Shown piece after piece: positions 54,582 through 64,000 of a DNA stretch of 64,000 nt (position 1 is its first letter; the number at the start of each line of letters is the position of its first letter). This stretch comes from Octopus vulgaris (Eukaryota). The notes beneath the pieces were generated by a model. The model ran no database searches, had not been told where the DNA came from, and saw only the letters and a program-made list of their open reading frames with translations. The stretch spans positions 75,764,001-75,828,000 of the forward strand of contig OX597816.1 in NCBI GenBank assembly GCA_951406725.2, in the 5' to 3' direction. Both the position numbers and the translations under genes were made by a program.

Positions 54582-57500
54582 ATGCTCAGAATAGGCAGTA
54601 TAAATGTACGTGGTTTGGGGTCGCCTTGGAAACAAGGCTACCTGTTAAATGACATCAAGTCACTAAATCTGAATATCATAGCCATCAGTGAGACCAGACT
54701 CCACAGCTTGCGGGCACTCCAGCACATTTTCAGTACACATTTCAACATTTATTTTTCTCCGTGTCTACCGAGAATGGGCGGAGGTGGCACCGCGGTGCTT
54801 ATCCGGAAGAATCTGGATCTCAAAGTAAGAGCAAATTTCCTAGACCCGGAGGGTAGGCTGGTCGTTTTGGATGTCGATGGCAGCAATGAGTGTGCTTTTC
54901 GACTGATGACAGTTTATGCTCCGTCCTTAACAGGCCGACCAGATTTCTTTCGACGTCTAGAGTCTTTCATGGGAACGCCTCGTCCTTTACTTTTAGTGGG
55001 GGATTGGAATGCCGCCCTGGACACGCATCTAGACTACGTGGGCAGAGATAGCAATAGAAGGGGATGCAAATGCCTCAAAGACCTGCTCAGACGTTTCCAA
55101 CTGTCTGACAGGTACCGACTGGACCACCCGAATGTGCCAATGTGGACATGGAGTAACCGCATCGGGTCGTCCAGATCATACTTAGATAGAGTATTCTGTA
55201 GGACAATAGATAAAAATAGTGTAGGTTGTCCACAATTTCATATAGTCAGTTACACAGATCACAAGTTTGTGACTTGTACACTTGACTTAGATAAGACACA
55301 GGCAGGGTCCTGGTTACTGGAAACTGAACGCGTCTTTTACAGCACGACAGGTTTACAGGGACCGGATCAGCACATTAGTTAAGAGAGCTTTGACGGGTAC
55401 CATCATCAACAACAGATGGTGGTATGCCCTAAAAAAAGCAATTAAAGCAGAATCAGTCAGATACAGTAGAGCCCTAGCATTAGACCGAAATAGAATAGAG
55501 AGAGAATTAGTTAAGGTTTTAGAAGAGGCACTTAGAACTGGCATCGCGTCCAACGTGCTGGCGGCGAGATTGGCCCTCGACCAACACCTCAACGCCAAAC
55601 ACGAGGGATGTGTTGTCAGAGCCAGGATGCGTGCTCTGAGGAACGAAGGAGTTGGAGCCGCCCAAGAGGCCCGAGTGGTGGAGACGCAACGAGGCAACAG
55701 AGCCACCATCAAGTCTCTTATAGATGAACAGGGGCGCGAATTGCTCGAGCCTAAAAGGATGTGTGGGGCTTTTCAACAACACTTCACCCAACTGTTTGGG
55801 ACAAGTGGTGAGTCAGAACGCAGAGTGGACTTTAGTGCCTACCTGCATGCCTTGCCACGACTCTCAGCAAGAGAGGTGGAGTCTTGTGAAAGGCCTATCA
55901 CAGCTGCGGACGTAGAGGATGCGATGGTAGGCTGCGCGAGAGACAAGTCACCAGGCTTGGATGGTCTGCCCTACGAACTTTATTTTCATATGCCAGACTT
56001 GTTTGGAGGCGTCTTGGCAGCTGTCTACTGCAACTGGCAGCAGAACGGGAGTATTCCTGCTTTTGTAAAGCGAGGAGCAGTGGCACTGATTAAGAAAGAC
56101 CCAAACAAGGGGGACGTCATAGATAATTTCAGGCCCATCACTCTGCTCAACGCAGATTTGAAAATTTTGGCCAAGGTGTTAGCCGAGAGGTTGGCGCTTG
56201 TCATCAAGAAACTAATCGACAAGGCGCAAACATGCGCCGTGCCGGGTAGAAGTATTCATGACAACCTCCATCTGATGCGCTACATCATAGACAGGGTAGT
56301 TAAGAATCCTGGCATGGGTGGGGCGCTGATCAATTTGGATCAATCAAAAGCCTTCGATAGGGTAGACCATCACTACTTGGAGGCTGTCCTTAAAGCGGCT
56401 GGTTTCGGTCCAGTTTTCCGCGGTTGGATCGCTGCCTTATACAGCGGCATCCGCTCAGTAGTTCGCGTAAATGGTCATCTATCCAGACCTTTTAACATCA
56501 TGCGTTCGGTTCGTCAGGGATGCCCCCTCTCATCGCTGCTGTATGTACTGACTCTTGAGCCACTACTACGGAAACTGGCGACGCTGAGGGGCATCCCACG
56601 AGAGCTGGGATGCGGGAGGAGCGTGTCTGCATACGCGGATGACGTCACCGTCATAGTGTCGAGCTACGAGCACATCGAGCTGGTCGGCGAGACACTAAAA
56701 GAATACGAAGCGGTAACGGGAGCAAAAATTAACCGGGAAAAGTCAGTGGGCTTGCGGCTCGGCACCTGGAGAAGCAAGCCCATGCCGTCCAACAGCGTCT
56801 CCATCGTGGGACGCTGGACGGACGGACCGGTTAAATTGCTCGGGGTCTGGTTCGGTCCGGACCTCCAAATGGAGAAGAACTGGGGCGAGATAACGACTAG
56901 GGTGGCTACTCTCACCCAGAAATGGGCTGAGAGAAAGCTATCCCTAAAAGGTCGGGCGGAGGTGGCGAACGCGTACATCGCATCCGTCATCGAGTATCGT
57001 CTGACCGTCGTGCCTTGTCCCGACCCTACCATCACCAAACTGGAACGTATACTCTTCCGCTTCTTGTGGAAGGGAAACGTTCCGATGGTTAGGCGATCCA
57101 TTTGCTGTCAACACCCGCTAAATGGAGGGCTGGGCATGCCGTGGTTGATGATGCGCAGACATGCGCTGAGACTGCGACATCTCCAGCGCTTCATAGACAA
57201 CGGTGAACAGGTGTGGTCGCCTTTTGTGCGGCGCGCTTTCCCGCAGCTCGTCTCCTTGGACGAACTACAGTCATGGATCAAGCAGAGACCGAGGCTAGGC
57301 GAATGGCACCGCGAGTGTCGCGTTGCTCTCAAGCAACTCTGCCGTCCGGGATCGAACTTATGCGACTCCATCACAACAAAGGCATTCTATAGAGGATTAG
57401 TGGAGGGGAGGTGCGACGACGAACTCGGGCAGAGTCTGGGCGTCGACGAGGAACACCTGACCCGCCTGTTCAGGACAACTTTCGGGCCGGGACCTATGAA

Positions 57501-58016
57501 CAATCACCAAAGATCCCTGGCCTGGCAGTGCTATCGAGAAGCATTACCTGTTCGGGATAAGCTCTACAGACACGGTTCCAGACACACTGGACCGACTTGC
57601 CCGAGATGCGGTCAGAGCGACGAAACCGTTCTGCACGCACTCGTGCAATGTCCAACCATTTCAGACCTGTGGGCTTATGCCGAACGGCTGCTGTCACGTG
57701 TGGGACGAATCCGCCTATCGGCCGAGTCTATCGTGAGAATTGCTCCGCCCCCTTCCCTCAACCGGGAAGGCAAGGCAGTTTTCATCGTACTGGTGGCCAT
57801 GGTGAAAGAATGTGTGTGGTGGACTCGAGCGAAAGGATTAGAGACAAACACTTACCTCTCTGGCCAATCGCTCATCAACTTTTTCAAGTACCACTTGAAA
57901 AGGAAGGTGAGAATGGAGAGGGAAGTTCTGTCTCGCGAAAGATTAAAAAAAGATGGGTGAATGTTGCAAAGATGGTGCGTGCTAGTAACGAAACCATTTT
58001 GAGCATGATCCTGTAG
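54582..58016 (+). pseudogene. LINE ORF2: AP endonuclease + reverse transcriptase + CCHC zinc finger, two frameshifts
   Basis: SINVRGL, SET, GDWN, YLDR, TDH (APE); frameshift at ~55300 before GYWKLN; KSPGLDG, NFRPITLLN, DQSKAFD, RQGCPLS, YADD (56632-56643); CPRCGQSDETVLHALVQC; second shift in the A-run at ~57945. Confidence 0.92.
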
Positions 58017-58318
58017 ATCGTAAAAAAGAAAGAAAGAGAGCATTTTGATCTCATGTGGTTATTTCCTCCCTGACTGAGGTTCCCGTGGTCTTTTCTGTAG
58101 GCTTTTCTTCCCACGGATGAACCCAATCTTGTTATATCAATGTTTATATCATTATTTCTGTGATACACGATTTCCTTTTTTTTCCTTTTTTTCCTTCTCT
58201 CGATCCCTTTTGATCGCAATCTTACATTTATTTTCTTTTTTTCCACCCTCGAAAAGAAAAGCTCTGCATTTGTATTTGTCCCCTCTGTATTCAGCCCTGT
58301 GTGGCTAATAAAAGAAAG

Positions 58319-58412
<94 letters not shown>

Positions 58413-59600
58413 CACCGCGAGTGTCGCGTTGCTCTCAAGCAACTCTGCCGTCCCGGGTCGACCTTGAGTGACTTCAACACAACCAAAGCTTTCTATAGGG
58501 GATTAGTGGAGGGGAGGTACGACGACGAGCTCGGGGCGAACCTGGACGTCGACGAGGAGTACCTGACCCGCCTGTTTCAGGACGACTTTCGGGCCAGGGC
58601 CCATGGACAACTTCCAGAGATCCCTGGCCTGGCAGTGCTACCGAGAAGCGCTACCCGTTCGGGATAAGCTCTACAGACACGGCTCGAGAAACACGGGGCC
58701 GACCTGCCCGAGATGCGGTCAGAGCGACGAAACCGTTCTGCACGCACTCGTGCAGTGTCCAACAATTTCCGACCTGTGGGCTTATGTCGAACAACTGCTG
58801 TCACGTGTGGGACGAGTCGGTTTATCAGCTGAGTCTATCGTCAATATTGTCACGCCTCCTTCCTTCAAACGGGAAGGAAGAGCTATTTTCATCATCCTTG
58901 TGGCTATGGCGAAAGAATGTATCTGGTGGACGCGTCTGAAAGGATTGGAGACAAACACTTTCCTCTCTGGTCAATCTCTCATCAACTTCTTCAAGTACCA
59001 CTTGAAAAGGAAAGTGAGAGTAGAGAGGCAAGTTTTGTCTAGCGAATGTTTTAAAAAAAGATGGGTGAATGTAGCAAGGATGGCACGTATGAATGACGAA
59101 GCCACCTTGAGCATAATCCTATGAACCCAGAAACTGAAAACAGAGGGTTACCCACTTGCAAACAAATGTGGTAACATATAACAATATTGACCAATATTGA
59201 CCAATATTGACCGTGGTCTTTTTCGTAGGCTTTTCTTCCCACGGAAAAACCTTACTTGCTTTCCCCTTTACACCATATATCATAACACTGTGATACACGA
59301 TCCCTATTGATCGTTCTTTTTTTCCCTCTTCCCCTTTTTTCTTCTTTTTTCATTTCTCTTTCCTTTTGTTCCTTTTCCTTTTCTTTTTTTTCTTTTTATT
59401 CTTTTTATTTTATTCAATTTTTTCTTCTTTTTTTTTGTTTTTGTTCTTTTCTTCCCTTTTACGATCCATCTTGATCGAAAACCTACACCACCCCCTTTTT
59501 TTGTTTCTTTTGTTTTTTGTTCTCTTCATCCCCCAAAAGAAAAGCTCTACCTTGTAACTTGTCCCATCTGTGTGCAGCCCTGTGTGGCCAATAAAGAAAC

Positions 59601-59601
<1 letters not shown>
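58413..59601 (+). mobile_element. 5'-truncated Tx1-like LINE copy (diverged subfamily)
   Basis: Starts abruptly at sequence matching 57307. ORF 58603-59124 is homologous to the ORF2 C-terminus. (TATC)n on both sides. Confidence 0.92.
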
Positions 59602-59687
<86 letters not shown>

Positions 59688-60855
59688 GCTAGCTAGCTAG
59701 CTAGCAATCTAAATAATTAATTTCCTCAATACCACATAGATCTGATCACAAGCAAGCACTATCTCTAAGAAAATCCGATCTGTGGAGACAGAGGGTTTCA
59801 CATGAGCGTTATCTGATTTGATGGTATCAAGTTAACGACAGGAGTAGGCTTGTAGTTTTTACGAACAGTAGGAATACATGCTAAGATTACTTTTCTTGGG
59901 AGCTGAACAATTCTTAACGAGGGACTTCAAGCGTATTACATCTCTTTGTTTGAGCCCATTCTCTTTTTGAATCTTTCTTTTATATTTTACTGTCAAGATA
60001 ATAGGACGGAAGTGTTTCGGAGTCACTAGTTCGCCTAATGTTGGAGAAGGTAATACTCGACTTCGCAGCATCCCTCCTCCTTAGATATTGTTGGTGATGT
60101 TGAGGATGATGCAACGTTATTAACCTCTATTTCTTTCCTCTGGCTATCCTCTGCCCAGTGTCCAGTAGTATCGTGGAAGAAGAAGTAGCAATAACAGGAG
60201 CAGCGGTCACAACTTCCGTCTGTAGTTTTCAGCTGATACATCCTCTTCTTATTTTAGTTTGTCGAACTGTAATGAATAAGTTCCAGGATTTTTTGGAAAA
60301 GTTTCTCATTATAGATCTGCACTCTGCCGAGGCGCACATTCATCTCCCAGGCAGCAAAAATTAGCGATGTCGCCAGTTGATAATAACTAGTCAATAAAAT
60401 GAACGGATATTAATATTTTCGATTCAAATATTGCTACCACTGTATACTCTCCCTATTAATGAAGTTCGTTTATTCATGTACTCAGTGACCACAACACCTG
60501 CCTCCCTCTCTGTGTGTCCAACTACCTATCGACTTGTCTACCTTTCTACATACACACAACACTTACACACACACATACACACACACATGTATATATTAAT
60601 TACTCACATGCACACGCTTTGATGTAAATTTAAAGTCGCAATATACACACAAAATATATCTATAACTATGAGGTTCATGTTTGCATGTATCAAATCTGTC
60701 TACTTGTCTATTTGCATGTCAATCTGTATAAAGATACGCTCCGAAAAATCTTGAATTTATACATACATCCACATGTATACACACGTAATACAATTTCTTA
60801 TACACGATCTCCACCGCAACCCAACCAATATATATATTCATTTATATATACATAC

Positions 60856-60901
<46 letters not shown>

Positions 60902-60908
60902 CACATAC

Positions 60909-60977
<69 letters not shown>

Positions 60978-61536
60978 AACATGTGTGTGTGTGTATGTGC
61001 ATATACGTGTGCGTGTGTGTATAAGTGAGTAGGTGTATGTCTTATCAAATAAACCTTGCAAAGTTTTCCTTATATGTACTGATTCTCAAAAAGACAAAAC
61101 AAAACGAAAAAATTACAGTAAATTAGACTTACATACAGAGACAAAGACAGACAGACAGAAATATTCATAAATAGCCGTATAACCCATTGTTCGTATTCTA
61201 TGTACTATTCAGATTTAAAGGAATACGTTTTGAAGAGTTAGAAAAAATAATGATGCTTCGAACCGATAAACAAACATAACGACGAGTCCAAACAGAAAAA
61301 AAAAAAGAAGCTCATTCAATTTTCTTCAATATATGTCAAAAGAAAAACAAAAAAAAAGGAAAAACAAACTTCGAACATACTATATTGATATTTCTTTAGT
61401 GCATCATTCTTAAGAGTACTAGTTATCAACCGACTAAATGCACTAATATATATATTGCTTATATGCATATATGTGAAAATGTGCGATTATAATATAATTG
61501 GCTTTCTTCATGAGTATTTAATATACGGATATTTAT

Positions 61537-61972
61537 AAGGTGGCGAGCTGGCAGAATCTTTAGCACGCCGGGGTCAATACATAGCGGCATTTCGTCCGTC
61601 TTTACGTTCTGAGTTCAAAATCCACTGTGGTCGACTTTACCTTTCATCCTTTCGCGGTCGATCAAATAAGTATCAGTTGAACACTGAGGTCGATGTAATC
61701 GACTGACCCCCAACCTCAAAATTGCTCGCCTTGTGCCAAAATTTGAAAACAATATATAGCTATTTACAAGGTGTCAGAATTATTAGCATGCCGGGAAAAA
61801 TGCTTAGCAGCGTTTCGTCCGTCTTTACGTTTAAATTCTGCCGAGGACAACTTTGTTTTTCATTCCTTTCGGGGTCGTTAAAATAAGTATCAGTCTAACT
61901 CTGGGGATGGATGTAATCGATTTACCTCTACCCCAAAATTACTGGCCTTGCGTCAAAATTTGAAACCAATAT
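61537..61972 (+). mobile_element. SINE family A dimer
   Basis: aaggtggcgagctggcagaa head, B-box and central block; a second unit follows. Confidence 0.85.
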
Positions 61973-62511
61973 ATAGATATTTTACTATGGCTGATAGACA
62001 GGCAGAATCTGAAAAGTCCCAGTTAAAATAACTTGATGTACTTAATTGTAAAACCATATGTGCCGATTTTAAATCATATCAAAATCAGCTTTGTCTATCA
62101 TTCTTCGAGCAACGATAAAATAAGTTTCAGATAAGCAAGTATAAGAATACATATAAATCGGCTGTCTACCCATACTCCACATGAAATGTGAAATTAATAT
62201 GAGATGATTTGGGCCATGCAGAAATTGGAAGATCTACTTCTTCTCTTGACAAGGACCAAAGCTATCGTAATATTGGAAATCTTTTAACACGTTTCTCAGG
62301 GTCGACAGCATTTCGATACTTAGCCTGTACACTTTACTCAGATGGAGCAGTTAGTAATGCCCATGGATGTGATCCGTCTTTGCCTGCGGATTTCTTCCAT
62401 CTGTGGTCATTGTCCAACCACAGCCACCGTGAACAAAATTTCTGCTGGTATGTCCATCTTGTTGCCTGGGTTCAAATCTAGTGGTTTTGTGTCTAAGATA
62501 GAAATCAATCA

Positions 62512-62627
<116 letters not shown>

Positions 62628-62630
62628 CTA

Positions 62631-62845
62631 CGAGGGGTGCTGAAAAGTTCCTGGCTTTAGGTAAAAGAAAATACAAGAGGAACAGTTAATTATGATTTTA
62701 TTCAGCATATTTCCCTCTCAGATTCACACACTTGTTGTAGCGAGCCTTCAGTCTTTCGAAGCCTTGTAAAAGAACTCGAAAGGTTGGGCCTCCAACTATG
62801 CCTTTCGCGATAACTTTAAAGCTAGGAATCTTTTAGCACTCATCG
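62631..62845. mobile_element. Mariner-type MITE
   Basis: TA-cgaggggtgctgaaaagttcctggcttta ... taaagctaggaatcttttagcactcatcg-T; imperfect TIRs, no ORF. Confidence 0.75.
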
Positions 62846-63559
62846 TTTCTGTCTGTCTGTCTGCCTGTCTGTCTGTCTGTATGTCTGTCTGTCTGTCTGT
62901 CCGTCCGTCTGTCTGACCGTCCGTCCGTCCGTCCGTCCGTCCGTCCGTCCGTCTGTCTATCTATAGGCAAATAAGTAAATCGATAGACAATGATGTGTAG
63001 GAATTGTTATTATGAGTATAACTGAAAATAATCACGAAGTTTGGTTCTTTAGTATAATGCAAAAGAAATTTGACATTTATGAAGCAGCGATTATATTTTA
63101 GTTATAAAAATAAAATTGTTACATATAGTTATTTTATAAAAGGTAATATGTTTTATTGCATATTTTTTTCAAGTATTGCATTTGATAGCGTTATCTGAAT
63201 ATTACGTTCAAAAATATGTATGTATGTATGTATATATGTATGTGTGTGAGTATGTCTGCATGCTTGTATGTATTATGTATGAAAGTTTGCATGCATGTAT
63301 GTATGTATATGCATGTATATATGTATATACATACATGTGTGTGCATATATATATATAAATCCATACACAGACACACACACACACACACACACATATATAT
63401 GTATATTTGTATATGTAAATATATAAGTATATGAACATGTATGTGTGTACGTACGTATGTATAAATTGCTTTAGAAAACTAGAAACATGATACAAATTTG
63501 AAACAAAAGAGTGAAAACGGTAGTTTTCTCACATATTCTGTTTTAAAATCCAGGACGGG

Positions 63560-64000
63560 GAACAGAGGCAGAATATTACAGTTACAAGGATTCCAGCTAA
63601 ATATGACGATTGAATGATGAAGCAATACCATACAAAATCAACTGGAAACTGCTGGAACTCATTGGACCATATGTGGCTGGAGGTAGGCTTTGCAAGCTGT
63701 GATTGATGTAGAGGATAATTATTCTAAAAATCCATACTACCAGGTGGCTTTCTTGGAATATTTGGATATTAACCTTATGAACAGAAATTCGATTTGGCAA
63801 TGTGATCGTGCTCATTTTTGAACTAGTGAACGACGTATATTTATATAGGTTCCCCAGCCACACTCTACGCGAAAGGTAAAATAAATATAAAATGATTTGG
63901 GCCATGCAAAAACTGGAAGATCTACTTAAAGATATTGCAGGCTCTTTTCCTGACGAGGACTAAAGCTATCGTAATGCTGGAAATATTTTACCAGGTAAAT
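63560..64000 (+). mobile_element. Penelope-like element 3' remnant (GIY-YIG C-terminus plus start of a pLTR)
   Basis: Frame from 63601: I*RLNDEAIPYKINWKLLELIGPYVAGGRLCKL*LM*RIIILK, matching the PLE pattern IW.L......I.W......PY......C.LCL.EK. Followed by a repeat of 62204-62290 containing ctgacga. Confidence 0.65.

Larger units (their letters stand above)
52245..58320 (+). mobile_element. Near full-length Tx1/L1-clade non-LTR retrotransposon
   Basis: 5' UTR, ORF1 with a CCHC knuckle, ORF2 APE-RT-zinc finger, pyrimidine-rich 3' UTR with AATAAA (58307), and (TATC)n on both flanks. Confidence 0.92.

Noticed and set aside
55519-58043. Antisense and alternate-frame ORFs inside the LINE
   Set aside because: They are shadows of the GC-rich ORF2, apart from the short frameshifted C-terminal tail.

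Overview
AT-rich, microsatellite-saturated animal genomic DNA. The SINE and repeat families look like those of coleoid cephalopods (Octopus); this is an inference. No host protein-coding exon can be supported, and almost all short ORFs in the track are microsatellite artefacts. The window is mostly transposon-derived. It holds a near-complete Tx1/L1-type LINE (52.2-58.3 kb) with two 5'-truncated relatives, all abutting (TATC)n; a cluster of R4/Dong-like LINE fragments and a non-coding element in (TAA)n (23.9-28.0 kb); a near-complete DD34D mariner (34447-35706) plus fragments and a MITE; Vingi-, RTE- and Penelope-like remnants; two tRNA-derived SINE families; and a DINE/HINE-like element. The most notable signals are: (i) several minimal type-I hammerhead ribozyme motifs, most in long fold-back inverted repeats set in (TA)n, including a nested palindrome at 32.4-34.0 kb and an apparent core variant (CUGUGGA); (ii) an apparently (TATC/GATA)n-targeting Tx1 LINE array whose 3' end is shared with a SINE; and (iii) apparent partitioning of three microsatellite types among three retroelement groups.
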